Origin: Ignavibacteria bacterium UBA2373
GTDB taxonomy: Bacteria > Bacteroidota > Ignavibacteria > Kapaibacteriales > UBA961
Length of the DNA stretch: 64,000 nt
Reading direction: 5' to 3'
Assembly (NCBI GenBank): GCA_002344005.1
Contig: DDTD01000098.1
Location: 18,432 to 82,431 of the forward strand
A model generated the notes under the pieces. The model was not told where the DNA came from. It searched no databases and was given only the letters and a program-made list of their open reading frames with translations. Each line of letters starts with the position of its first letter. Positions within the stretch are counted from its first letter, which is position 1. A program made the translations under genes and the position numbers. Positions 20,262 through 30,106 of the stretch are shown one piece after another.

Positions 20262-20789
20262 CTATTCTCCTACAATCGTTGCAAGTTTTAAAACTTCTGA
20301 AGATACTTCATGATTTTGTGATTTCAACACTGTCATATTTATAATAATCTTAGGTTTATTATTTTCAGAATAAATACTTATTGCAGCAAGATTTTCTTGA
20401 ACATCATCAGGTGTAGAAGAGACACACAGAACCCCTTTGGCATTACATTGTGATACTATAGATTTGGAAGATTTACCAACATACAAAACATTACACTTTG
20501 TTTGACTAAGTATCTTTTCACTTTTCAGTTCTATTGCACTGATACCTAGATTGCTAAAACCCCGTATTACCTCATCATTTTCAGAATTTGCTTCATCGGA
20601 AAGCACAGCTAAAATAACTCCATCTTTTACCAATACTTTACAATATGAAAATATTTTTTTGAATATAACAACTTGTATTTTAACAGGCGTAGGTTTTAAA
20701 TTTTCATAATGGAGAATAAAGCCGGAAGAAATTATCGCTACGGTAATAATAAAAATTAAAGAGCAATATGTGCGATGAAGAATATTCAT
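20262..20789 (-). CDS. DUF4154 / YfiR-like periplasmic protein
   Basis: 175 aa with N-terminal TM/signal segment. Composition and size match YfiR-like proteins that are typically encoded between a sensor kinase and an outer-membrane component. A 4-bp gap to the TBDR and a 4-bp gap to the hybrid HK imply one operon. Confidence 0.5.
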   Translation of the reverse strand: MNILHRTYCSLIFIITVAIISSGFILHYENLKPTPVKIQVVIFKKIFSYCKVLVKDGVILAVLSDEANSENDEVIRGFSNLGISAIELKSEKILSQTKCNVLYVGKSSKSIVSQCNAKGVLCVSSTPDDVQENLAAISIYSENNKPKIIINMTVLKSQNHEVSSEVLKLATIVGE

Positions 20790-20793
20790 ACGA

Positions 20794-23130
20794 TTACTTT
20801 GTTATGAAATATTCTTCTAACAATTTTGAAAAATACTTGTAATCATATAGTTCCGCTGCTTTTTCTAGTATATGTGTCACTTTAGTTAACCAAGGATTAT
20901 CAGTAGGTTGTGAATGTAATATATGTAGCATTTCTTCAAAGTCTTGTAATTCTATCGCTGCAAACAGTGCATTACTTTGTTCACTTGGTAAAGTTAAGAG
21001 TGCGGCGACTGTTGATTGAATTGTCAATTCTTTATCTTCGTCAAGAATTATATTCATTATGGTATGACTATTATCACCTTCCACTATACCATCTTCAGCA
21101 TCAACATGAACAAACTGAGAGATAGTAGCATGAATTTGTTCAATAGTAAAAGGTTTAGATACTACATCATTAAATCCTATTTCAAGTAACGATTCTTTAC
21201 TGCTTGTCATGACATCCGCTGTGACTGCTATAATAGGAAGTGTTTGGTTATTCATTGTATTTCGAATTATATCAACGGCTTCTTTACCATCCATAATAGG
21301 CATCATTAAATCCATAAACACAATAGTCGGATTGAGCGATTCAATCATCTCAATAGCTTGTTTACCATTTTCTGCTTCATGGCATTCGAAGTCAATGGAT
21401 TCCAAGATAACAGAAAGCAAGACTCGATTAGTCAATACATCATCAACGATTAATGCTACTAAATTTTGCCCTTTGGTTGCTTGAATCCTGTGACTATCAT
21501 CTTTATGAGGTATCACATCGTGCGAAAAGTCGGGTGAAACCAATGTCAGCTCAAAATAAAATTCAGTTCCTTTATCGAGTTCACTTTTTATCTGAATTTT
21601 TCCACCCATCTTTTCTATAATTTTAGAAGAAATAGCAAGACCAAGTCCAGTACCTTCGCTGTAACGACTTGATTGTTGCATAAACGGTTTGAATATCCTT
21701 TCAATTTGGGATGAGTCAATACCGCACCCGGTGTCAATCACACGAAACAGTAAAGTATATGTACCCTCTTCCGGTGATGTATCGGTGACTTCTACTAAAA
21801 GTTTTATGCTACCTTTTTCAGTAAATTTTATTGCGTTGCCAATAAGATTAATTAATACCTGACGAAGGCGACGAGCATCGGCAATAATACTGATCGGACA
21901 AAAAGGATCAACATTAATAATGAAAAGTAAATCCTTTTCGGCAGCTTTTACAGAAAATATGGAACGAACACTTTCTACAATATCAGCCAAAAGTGATTGT
22001 TCGGGGTATAAATCTAATTGCCCAGCTTCAATTTTGGAAATATCAAGAATATCATTAATCAGGTCAAGCAGATGCGACCCACTCCTATACATCATATCAA
22101 GATAATGCTTATTTCTTGCAGTGACATCCTCGTCTTCACGAAGTATTTGAGCAAAACCAATAATTGAGTTTAATGGGGTGCGTAATTCATGAGACATTGA
22201 TGCAAGAAATGCAGATTTTGTTCTATTGGATTCTTCGGCTTTATTGCGAGCAACTATTAAATTTTCCTCTGTTAATTTACGCACTTCAACTTCATTCATC
22301 AATGCCGCAGTGCGTTCTTCGACTATTTTCTCTAAATTACTGTTGGTATAGGAAATATCATTATATAAACGGACAACTGAATCCACCATCGTATTAAAAG
22401 CAATAGCTAAATGGCTGATTTCATCATTGCCTTTTGTCGGTGCTCTTTCCGTCAAAGCACCTTGGGTAATAGACTCTGCAGCAATAACCAATGATTTAAT
22501 CCTCTGCATAATCGGACGAAACAGGAGAATAACAGCAACTATACTAAATATAAATGACCCCAATACAAAAAGTGCTATTGTGGCGCGGAATTGTTCAATT
22601 TCTTTTTGTACACTGCGTAAGGATACTTCTATGAGTAAAAATCCTATATTCTCATTATTGTTGCGGATGGCTTTTTTAAGTATAACGCTTGAGTCAATAA
22701 TACTGTATTCATCTTTTAGATGCGGCATTGCAGTTAATCCCGCCGCATACCGCCCTTTTTGAGTTTCATACATAACTTTATTTGCTGCATCAAACACAGC
22801 GATATATCGAACTTCATCATATTCACGTATATCTTGTACAACTTTCTCTACAATCTCAATATCTTCAAAAAAAACGGCTGAAGACAAACTTGATGCGCTT
22901 ATACTGCCAATCCCCTTTGTATGCTTAATCATCTCATCGGTCATTTTTTGTTCAGCAACAAGAGGAACAACAATGTACACAAAAACGCTTATGACAAAAA
23001 TAACACCTGTAACGCCAATAAGAGGTTTAGCTTGAAGCGATTTTCGAAATGGAATAGTATTAGGCATCTGAGGCATATTGTTATTCAATGATAATGAATT
23101 GTGAGGATTTGGTTTGTTCTGTACTAGCAA
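20794..23130 (-). CDS. Hybrid sensor histidine kinase / response regulator (TM-HAMP-HisKA-HATPase-REC-HPt-like)
   Basis: H-box LASMSHELRTPLNSIIGFAQIL, ATPase G-boxes (DTGCGI, GTGLGLAISSKI), receiver domain LVALIVDDVLTNRVLL...VFMDLMMPIMDG, C-terminal helical HPt-like tail. 778 aa. Confidence 0.85.
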   Translation of the reverse strand: MLVQNKPNPHNSLSLNNNMPQMPNTIPFRKSLQAKPLIGVTGVIFVISVFVYIVVPLVAEQKMTDEMIKHTKGIGSISASSLSSAVFFEDIEIVEKVVQDIREYDEVRYIAVFDAANKVMYETQKGRYAAGLTAMPHLKDEYSIIDSSVILKKAIRNNNENIGFLLIEVSLRSVQKEIEQFRATIALFVLGSFIFSIVAVILLFRPIMQRIKSLVIAAESITQGALTERAPTKGNDEISHLAIAFNTMVDSVVRLYNDISYTNSNLEKIVEERTAALMNEVEVRKLTEENLIVARNKAEESNRTKSAFLASMSHELRTPLNSIIGFAQILREDEDVTARNKHYLDMMYRSGSHLLDLINDILDISKIEAGQLDLYPEQSLLADIVESVRSIFSVKAAEKDLLFIINVDPFCPISIIADARRLRQVLINLIGNAIKFTEKGSIKLLVEVTDTSPEEGTYTLLFRVIDTGCGIDSSQIERIFKPFMQQSSRYSEGTGLGLAISSKIIEKMGGKIQIKSELDKGTEFYFELTLVSPDFSHDVIPHKDDSHRIQATKGQNLVALIVDDVLTNRVLLSVILESIDFECHEAENGKQAIEMIESLNPTIVFMDLMMPIMDGKEAVDIIRNTMNNQTLPIIAVTADVMTSSKESLLEIGFNDVVSKPFTIEQIHATISQFVHVDAEDGIVEGDNSHTIMNIILDEDKELTIQSTVAALLTLPSEQSNALFAAIELQDFEEMLHILHSQPTDNPWLTKVTHILEKAAELYDYKYFSKLLEEYFITK

Positions 23131-23341
23131 ACATTGCCGATACTGATTGATGAAACCGATTCTGCCACCGCCTCAAAGTTGGTCAATCCTTGAAACGTAT
23201 TTGTATAAATCTAACTTCTCCCCTTGATTCATCATAGTTCCTGAAAATTTTCTTAGTTTGCATGAGAGTGAATATACAATACCGTACATTTACTTTTGCA
23301 AAAATGTAAAATTCTTTTCAAATATAGAATGAACAAACATC

Positions 23342-23713
23342 ATGAATGAGTTTCAACAACAAGTGTGGGATGCCGCACAAGGTCAATTGGATGCCTACAA
23401 TGCGCGCAGTATTGACGATTTTGTGAAATGGTACACCCAAGACATAGAGTTAATCACATTAGAAGACAATAATGTTTTTTGCCGTGGCATAGAAGAATTG
23501 CGACAGCGCTATGCGCCCATGTTTGAGAAAAACACTTCTCTGCATTGCTCATTACTCAACAGAGTAGTATGCGGAAAATTTTGTTTTGATGAAGAATCCG
23601 TAACAGGCATTGTACCCGACACGATTGTTCATGCTGTTGCAATATATGAAGTTAATGATGGTTTGATTCGTAAGGCTTGGTTTGTACGCAATACAATACC
23701 AACCTCCGTATGA
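23342..23713 (+). CDS. NTF2-like / SnoaL-like small protein
   Basis: 123 aa. Pattern DAYNARSIDDFVKWYTQDIELI...V.G...VHAVAIYEVNDGLIRKAWFV fits the NTF2-fold (SnoaL_2/DUF4440-like) topology. Weak assignment. Confidence 0.4.
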   Translation: MNEFQQQVWDAAQGQLDAYNARSIDDFVKWYTQDIELITLEDNNVFCRGIEELRQRYAPMFEKNTSLHCSLLNRVVCGKFCFDEESVTGIVPDTIVHAVAIYEVNDGLIRKAWFVRNTIPTSV

Positions 23714-23814
23714 CAAAACATCTTGCTGTATTTGAAAAAAATCAGTATTTTGGGTTAAATTTCTTTTCTAAAGCATTCATAAATCTTTTATTCTATTACT
23801 TTGTGAGGTTGAGT

Positions 23815-24948
23815 ATGAAAAAATTGCTGCTCTTTTTAGTGTGTTGTTATGCTACTTCTGCCGTGTATGCCCAAAAACTTGAATTAGGTGGGACAGTGTC
23901 TCTTTTAACAAAAGAAAACTTTGAGGCATATTCCAAACCGCTTTTCACGAGCATGGGGCAAAGTTTCAATTCCAATTTGTGGACTACCGCCATTCATGAA
24001 GACAGATTTAAAATCGGGCTGGACTTCTCCTTTATGGCTATGCTTATACCCGAAAGCCAGAAAAATTACACTGCTGCTTTACCAAGCCATTTTTCAAATC
24101 CGCAAATTGCACGAACCGCCTATAATAAGAACGGCGTGGAAACTGTTCAGCCATCAACCGTCGAACAGCCCACATTTTATGGCTCGACACCAACAACGGT
24201 CTATTCGATTCCGCAAGATCAAAATGGGAATTACACGTATCAATCTATCGGTGGCAATGCGGAGTTTCCAAGCGGTAATGGCTTGAATGCTGTTCTCGGT
24301 ATTCCCGCAGTGCAAATCATGATGGATCTTCCTTCTCGCACTCATGTTCGTTTGCGCGTCGTGCCTGTCCCCTCCATTGATGATGACATGAGTGTTTTTT
24401 ATGGCATGATTAGCGTGGGTCATCAATTCAATCAATACATTGACCCGCTTAAAGATTCAACTCTCGGTATTTCTTTTAATGCCGCATATTCACTCTTCTC
24501 CATCACCAATGTGATTGATGCTAATGCTTTGGCTATCGGAATTAATGCCAGCAAAAAATTAAATGAATATTTCACGGTCTTCGGAGGAATACAATATGAA
24601 GACTTCAGCGGTACATTTACTTATACCCGCAAAGATGTAACACCCAATGAAGCATCCTCTAATACACCGTATGATGAAGTACGAGAAAATATGTACACCA
24701 TTCCCGGCACTAATACAGTAAATGTTGATAGGGATGGGCGTTATATTCCATTTAATGCCGTTGGTACACCTGCTAATTTACTCAGTGCATTAACACGCAA
24801 ACCCGTAGTAGCCGACATCAGCACTTTTTCTAATGTCCGCATAGTTGCAGGCGGCGAAGTCAATTTAAAAGCTTTGCAGCTCCATGCACAAGTCGCTTAT
24901 TTGTCACAATTCATGTTCTCAGGCGGTTTTTCCGTTTGGTTTAATTAA
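23815..24948 (+). CDS. Hypothetical outer-membrane beta-barrel protein
   Basis: Signal peptide MKKLLLFLVCCYATSAVYAQ. Alternating hydrophobic beta-strand pattern throughout. C-terminal aromatic residue pattern ...GGFSVWFN. Start moved to ATG 23815. Confidence 0.35.
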   Translation: MKKLLLFLVCCYATSAVYAQKLELGGTVSLLTKENFEAYSKPLFTSMGQSFNSNLWTTAIHEDRFKIGLDFSFMAMLIPESQKNYTAALPSHFSNPQIARTAYNKNGVETVQPSTVEQPTFYGSTPTTVYSIPQDQNGNYTYQSIGGNAEFPSGNGLNAVLGIPAVQIMMDLPSRTHVRLRVVPVPSIDDDMSVFYGMISVGHQFNQYIDPLKDSTLGISFNAAYSLFSITNVIDANALAIGINASKKLNEYFTVFGGIQYEDFSGTFTYTRKDVTPNEASSNTPYDEVRENMYTIPGTNTVNVDRDGRYIPFNAVGTPANLLSALTRKPVVADISTFSNVRIVAGGEVNLKALQLHAQVAYLSQFMFSGGFSVWFN

Positions 24949-24986
24949 GATTTTAACTTTTTTCACTTTTTTTAGGAGAACTTATT

Positions 24987-25574
24987 ATGAAAGTTCGTCT
25001 TTTTTCCCTCCTCGCAGCATTGTGCTTTTTAGCATTTACATCAGGTTGCGATACTATCAGTAATATCACTGATATAAAATTACCTCTTACTTTCAGCGGT
25101 AATCCGAAAGTTACCAATGAAAGAGCCGACCAAGAAAGTTGGGACGGTATTGACTTAGATACCATTAGCGGTTACAAAGAAAACAAAGATAAAATTGATG
25201 AAAATGGATCCGAAATTCAAACCATGAGCGTTAGTATTACAAATTTTGATTCAGATGATGTTGCTATTCGCGATTGTGTCTTCGAAAATGTTACATTCTG
25301 GCTAAAATACGATTCTCAATATGGCGATCAGACCTTATATCCTTTAGGCACATATACGAATGTAAAAGCGGAGGATTATTTCAAAACTCCACGTACAGTT
25401 ACTGTGGACAAAGAAAAAGTTAATGCTGCACTCAAATTTATTAAAACAAGACCCAAATTTGGTATTTATCAGCAATATGGTAAAGTCAAAAACTTTCCGG
25501 ATAATAATCAACCCGTTTTCAGAGATTTAACGACAAATGTGCAAGTGACTATCTTAGTCAAAGGCGATTTATAA
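24987..25574 (+). CDS. Hypothetical lipoprotein
   Basis: Lipobox MKVRLFSLLAALCFLAFTSGC. 195 aa. No recognisable domain. Confidence 0.4.
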   Translation: MKVRLFSLLAALCFLAFTSGCDTISNITDIKLPLTFSGNPKVTNERADQESWDGIDLDTISGYKENKDKIDENGSEIQTMSVSITNFDSDDVAIRDCVFENVTFWLKYDSQYGDQTLYPLGTYTNVKAEDYFKTPRTVTVDKEKVNAALKFIKTRPKFGIYQQYGKVKNFPDNNQPVFRDLTTNVQVTILVKGDL

Positions 25575-25641
25575 TTCTTAATTATCACACTTATTGCAAA
25601 AGCGGAGAATACTTTTTATTCTTCGCTTTTTTTTTACTTCC

Positions 25642-26265
25642 ATGAATAATAATAATGCACTCGCGCTATTCCCTTTTTTAGCGCAAACTAATTTCGCAAT
25701 CCATACCATGAAAGCAGGCACCACCGTTTTTCGTGAAGGTGAACAATGCGGTTTATTAGGATTTATTATCGAAGGCACGGTCAGAGTCTATAAACATAAT
25801 GAATCCGGAAGAGAAATCACACTCTATCGCATTACCGCCGGCGAAAGCTGCATTTTATCAATTGCCTGCATCATGTCCTCACCACACCATAAAGCATCAG
25901 CAATAATCGAAGAACACACAACCTTAGCTATTGTCCAAGCCCATGACATACGCCATCTGCTCTCACAATCCGCTCAAGCAAGGGACTTTATCTTCGCACT
26001 CTTAGCACATCGCTTAGCAGATGTCGTCACCCTTATTGATGAAATCGTCTTCAGCAAAATGGACAAACGATTAGCCCACTTCTTGCTCAATAATACATCC
26101 GCACACAATACCATTCATGCAACCCATGAACATATTGCCATAGAATTAGGAACAGCAAGAGAAGTCATAAGCCGTTTGCTCAAAGATTTTGAATCAAAAG
26201 GATATATTGCTCTCAATCGAGGAAGTATCACCATCATCAAAGACACACAATTGCTTATGTATTGA
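25642..26265 (+). CDS. Crp/Fnr-family transcriptional regulator
   Basis: cNMP-binding beta-roll (TVFREGEQCGLLGFIIEGTVRVYK...GESC) followed by HTH (IAIELGTAREVISRLLKDFESKGYIALNRG). Confidence 0.8.
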   Translation: MNNNNALALFPFLAQTNFAIHTMKAGTTVFREGEQCGLLGFIIEGTVRVYKHNESGREITLYRITAGESCILSIACIMSSPHHKASAIIEEHTTLAIVQAHDIRHLLSQSAQARDFIFALLAHRLADVVTLIDEIVFSKMDKRLAHFLLNNTSAHNTIHATHEHIAIELGTAREVISRLLKDFESKGYIALNRGSITIIKDTQLLMY

Positions 26266-26266
26266 T

Positions 26267-26300
26267 GCAAAAAAAAAGGCGAAGTATCAGTCCTTCGCCC
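26267..26300. terminator. Putative terminator between the Crp-family gene (+) and the DUF2892 gene (-)
   Basis: A-run followed by GGCGAAG-tatcagtc-CTTCGCC hairpin. Reads as a canonical terminator on the minus strand. Confidence 0.5.
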
Positions 26301-26314
26301 CCATTTCTCTGCTC

Positions 26315-26506
26315 TTATTTCTCCGCTACCTTGCAGCTCGATAAACCAAAAGGCACATAAGCCGGACACCAGCCAATCGTTGCCGTCAATAATGGCACAA
26401 TACCTATTGCGCCCCACCATGACTCATACATATAACCCACGCCAATTACCCCAAGACCAGCAACAATGCGCAATGCACGGTCTAAACTGCCAACATTCCG
26501 TTTCAT
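26315..26506 (-). CDS. DUF2892 (YgaP-like) small membrane protein
   Basis: MKRNVGSLDRALRIVAGLGVIGVGYMYESWWGAIGIVPLLTATIGWCPAY matches the DUF2892 signature (DR.LR...G..L.....GW.G..P..TA..G.CP.Y). Convergent with the Crp regulator. Confidence 0.55.
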   Translation of the reverse strand: MKRNVGSLDRALRIVAGLGVIGVGYMYESWWGAIGIVPLLTATIGWCPAYVPFGLSSCKVAEK

Positions 26507-26729
26507 AACTCTTTCTCCTATGATTAACATTAAAGTAATAGTGACATCACAAAAATACTTATTCCTTTCACTCTAAAATGTGATTATGTCACATTACACC
26601 CATATCGCCGCATCAACCGTCATCATTACCATACTTTTCTCGGCATTTTACCGCACTTTATCTTACTTTTGCATTATCAATCGGGCACTTTCGCCCCTAT
26701 ACTTTATCAATCACACTCTACAAGATAGA

Positions 26730-27506
26730 ATGAATATCTTCGCATATATCGGCTCAAAAGTACTTAATTTTCTCGCAGAATTCGGGCAAATCGCCTCCGT
26801 ACTCTTCAGTGTCATTCGCTATATACCCCGCATAGCAAAAGATCGCCGATTAGTCACCGAACAAATGCGCATCGTCGGTGCAGAGTCGCTACCACTTGTC
26901 ATTCTTATCGGATCTTTCACGGGAGCAATTGCAGCCCTTCAAGCAACAGACCTCTTCACCAAATTCAACCTTATAGCCATTGCACGACCCTTCATCGGCG
27001 GATCAATAGCAACTGCTGTCTTCTCTGAACTTACGCCCGTACTCACTGCACTTGTCATAGCAGGTCGCGTAGGAGGTGCTATCGCCGCACAAATAGGAAC
27101 AATGGCAGTCTCAGAACAAATTGATGCCTTAGAAATGATGGCAATTGACAAACACAGATACCTTTCTATGCCCCGAGTGGTGGCTGCTCTTACCATGATG
27201 CCCATACTTGCCGTCTTCTCCAATATAGTAGCTCTCGCAGGAGCATTCTTCCTCACCAACTTACTCTTCGGATTCACCGCAGAAGTCTTTTTTGACTCCG
27301 TAGTTCGATTTTTCAGCATCGGAGAAATTGCTTTGAGCTTAACCAAAAGCATGATATTTGGTGGAGTCACAGCACTTATTGGATGTCATGTAGGCATCAG
27401 AACAACAGGCGGCGCAGAAGGCGTGGGCAATAGCACCGTCCGAGCATTCACACTCTCTGCCTCATCAATACTCATACTCGATGCACTCTTCGGATACGTA
27501 GCATAA
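26730..27506 (+). CDS. mlaE: MlaE-family ABC transporter permease (phospholipid/organic-solvent-resistance type)
   Basis: LVTEQMRIVGAESLPLVILIGSFTGAIAALQATDLF...GRVGGAIAAQIGTMAVSEQIDALEMMAI is the conserved MlaE/YrbE core. Start moved to ATG 26730. No MlaF or MlaD partner is adjacent. Confidence 0.7.
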   Translation: MNIFAYIGSKVLNFLAEFGQIASVLFSVIRYIPRIAKDRRLVTEQMRIVGAESLPLVILIGSFTGAIAALQATDLFTKFNLIAIARPFIGGSIATAVFSELTPVLTALVIAGRVGGAIAAQIGTMAVSEQIDALEMMAIDKHRYLSMPRVVAALTMMPILAVFSNIVALAGAFFLTNLLFGFTAEVFFDSVVRFFSIGEIALSLTKSMIFGGVTALIGCHVGIRTTGGAEGVGNSTVRAFTLSASSILILDALFGYVA

Positions 27507-27538
27507 TAATATTCAATCATTATCCACAACATAATACC

Positions 27539-28228
27539 ATGTGCGGCAGATTCACTTTCTACATAACAAACCAAGAATTACAGCAATGGTATCAACTGCT
27601 CAATAATCCGACCATTGACGAACGCTACAACATAGCACCGCTCCAAACAATACCCGTCATCACGCAACAACAAGCCATTCGCCAGCTCCAAATGATGCGA
27701 TGGGGACTCATTCCCGCATGGGCTAAAGATGAATCCATAGCCAATAACCTCATCAATGCACGCGCAGAAACCATCGCCGAAAAACCAAGCTTTCGACAAT
27801 CTCTCAAAAAACGCCGTTGCATCATCCCCATTTCCGGTTTCTATGAATGGAAAAAAAATGGAAAACTAAAACAACCAATGTATATAGCCAATCCTCAACA
27901 ACAACATCTGCCACTTGCCGGACTATGGGATCAATGGACTAATCACAATGGATTGCTCATCAAAACATGCACACTTATCACCGTGCCGCCCAATGAACAA
28001 ATGAATCCAATCCACAATCGTATGCCTGCCATTTTGTCCAAAGATCATATCAATGTATGGCTCGATGAAAATGCAGACATTCAGCATGTGCTCCAACTGC
28101 TCCAACCCTATCCCAACCCATTACACATCTATCCCGTCAGCACCCAAGTCAATTCAGCCGCATTCGATTCACCCGAACTTATCGAACCCGCCGATTCATC
28201 CAATGAACCATTAGAACTCTTCGACTAA
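27539..28228 (+). CDS. SOS-response-associated peptidase (SRAP/YedK, abasic-site DNA-protein crosslink factor)
   Basis: Invariant N-terminal MCGRF with Cys2 nucleophile, RYNIAP, MRWGLIP and PISGFYEW motifs. Confidence 0.85.
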   Translation: MCGRFTFYITNQELQQWYQLLNNPTIDERYNIAPLQTIPVITQQQAIRQLQMMRWGLIPAWAKDESIANNLINARAETIAEKPSFRQSLKKRRCIIPISGFYEWKKNGKLKQPMYIANPQQQHLPLAGLWDQWTNHNGLLIKTCTLITVPPNEQMNPIHNRMPAILSKDHINVWLDENADIQHVLQLLQPYPNPLHIYPVSTQVNSAAFDSPELIEPADSSNEPLELFD

Positions 28229-28330
28229 AATCACCCTCAAATATATCATAAGCCCAATCCAAAACCAATGACCATACCATCCACAATAGACAATAAATCA
28301 ATAGAACAAAAAAAATATAATGACAAAAAA

Positions 28331-28463
28331 ATCCCGCAGGGATGACACGTTTATAGAATTCATATTTCGTGAAAATTCATCCACCCCGTCCTGCGGACAA
28401 GCCTCAATGAGGGGAATTTGAAATACATTAGCGTGAATCTCGCAGCGATGACATGATATTAGA
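28331..28463. repeat. Intergenic hairpin-repeat cluster (copy A: X-Y-X' modules)
   Basis: Module X atcccgcagggatgacacgtttatagaa (28331..28358, palindrome ATCCC-gca-GGGAT). Module Y ttcatccaccccgtcctgcggacaagcctcaatgagggga (28372..28415, palindromes GTCC-tgc-GGAC and CCTC-aat-GAGG). Degenerate X' atctcgcagcgatgacatgatattagaa (28437..28463). Confidence 0.6.
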
Positions 28464-28516
28464 AGTAATGCCATATTTTTGAATCAACGTTTTTGTACTT
28501 TGTGAATCGAATCTCC

Positions 28517-30106
28517 ATGAAAATCACACTCATCCTTTCCTTTGTGCTTTGCTGTGTCATTGCAACAGCGCAAGAACCCGTTCAACTTGAAGTTTGGACA
28601 ACCGTTAAAAGCTATGGCTTTGACCTTATTGAAAACCCTTTTGGTGTAGGTAGTCGTATGGCTTATGTACCTAATTTCAGAAACAAAGAAATTCCGCATG
28701 GCTTTGTTATTTCTTATAGAGAACCCAATACAGATATTCAAGGTTTTAATAAGACTTATACATGGGCATTCACAAAACCAAACGACACGATAAACAGATT
28801 TAGTTGGCCACGCAATTTTTTCCCTTATGCTACTCCCGATATGAACGGTGACAGCCAAAGAGATTTTATGAATGGTACAGGTGTTTTTTATCTTGGAACT
28901 GATAAAGATGAACCGGATACTTTACAAAAATTTCAAATTCAAGCAGGTGGTGTAGGATATGCAAAAATGAATAATGATAATTGTGACGATTTGTATTATT
29001 ATGGTACTTCGCCCGCGATTGTGAACTTTGTTTTTGGTAATAGCCAAGCTGGTACTTATCAAACTGCGAGTGTCATAAGTACATATCTACAAAAAGACTC
29101 TCAATTAGAAGAAGAAATGAAAGCCGTCTATAAAAACAAGCAAGGTCAATGGCGACTTTTGACACAAAGTAAGGGGTGGACTGATGGTCTTTATGAAAGA
29201 ATTTATCAATCAAAAAAATCAGCATTGCGATTATATGCTCTTGAATTTACTGTTATCAATACCGATAGCACTATTGTGACGGCAACACAAATAGATGAAT
29301 ATAAAGACCCAAAATGGTTAGAATTTGAAGAAGACTATAATAGTAAAGACCCAAGTATTTGGTCACCATTTAATTCGTCAAAATTATTATATCAGAGTGA
29401 GCATTATCCAAAAACACTCTATTATGCTTCGATGAATACCATGCCCGACAAAGATAAAAAATATGATTCGTATGCAACATTTTTTGATCTTACCAATGAT
29501 AAAATTGTTCCATCGAATGCTGTCGTTAATGTTGCTGCACCCGAATGTAAAATTCTTAAGCATAGCATTGATGGTGATAATCGTGAAGATATGTATGTAA
29601 AATCAGGTCCATTTATCTATTTTTATTCTGTAGATGCCACAGGTATTATAAAAAACACATTACGCTTTACTTTACCGGAAGATAGATACAAAAGTGGATT
29701 AAATACACTGCAATCTATTGCCGACATTAATAATGACGGATTAGATGATATCGCTCTCATGAGTTCAGACAATACTGTTGGAAATTATTTTGCGATTGTG
29801 CTTGGTAAAAACATACTAACGCATACTATAGAAGAATCTGATCAATATTTTTCAATTGGTTCCCCGTACCCTTTGCCCAATAGTTCACAATTAACAATAC
29901 CTTTACGTAGTGAAAAAAACGGATTGTATTCCTTAACCTTGTTTTCCGTTCAAGGTTCTGCATATCCATTATTTGTAAATAAAGAAATGAACGAGGGAAA
30001 AATGGATTTTATGATGGATATTTCTCTCTATAGTTCCGGTAATTATATTCTTCGATTCTCCGATGGCAAAACTTCGGTAGAAAATAATATTATCATTACG
30101 CATTAA
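28517..30106 (+). CDS. Hypothetical secreted protein with T9SS C-terminal sorting domain
   Basis: Signal peptide MKITLILSFVLCCVIATAQ. C-terminal ~80 aa beta-sandwich tail (SLTLFSVQGSAYPLF...GNYILRFSDGKTSVENNIIITH) typical of Por_Secre_tail. Flanked on both sides by the hairpin-repeat family (see findings). Confidence 0.5.
   Translation: MKITLILSFVLCCVIATAQEPVQLEVWTTVKSYGFDLIENPFGVGSRMAYVPNFRNKEIPHGFVISYREPNTDIQGFNKTYTWAFTKPNDTINRFSWPRNFFPYATPDMNGDSQRDFMNGTGVFYLGTDKDEPDTLQKFQIQAGGVGYAKMNNDNCDDLYYYGTSPAIVNFVFGNSQAGTYQTASVISTYLQKDSQLEEEMKAVYKNKQGQWRLLTQSKGWTDGLYERIYQSKKSALRLYALEFTVINTDSTIVTATQIDEYKDPKWLEFEEDYNSKDPSIWSPFNSSKLLYQSEHYPKTLYYASMNTMPDKDKKYDSYATFFDLTNDKIVPSNAVVNVAAPECKILKHSIDGDNREDMYVKSGPFIYFYSVDATGIIKNTLRFTLPEDRYKSGLNTLQSIADINNDGLDDIALMSSDNTVGNYFAIVLGKNILTHTIEESDQYFSIGSPYPLPNSSQLTIPLRSEKNGLYSLTLFSVQGSAYPLFVNKEMNEGKMDFMMDISLYSSGNYILRFSDGKTSVENNIIITH

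Noticed and set aside
28371-28415. Possibility that repeat module Y encodes a small peptide (FIHPVLRTSLNEG...)
   Set aside because: Stop codons occur in two frames within the module. The third-frame reading differs between copies through indels, while the palindromic cores are conserved. A structured non-coding element is more likely.
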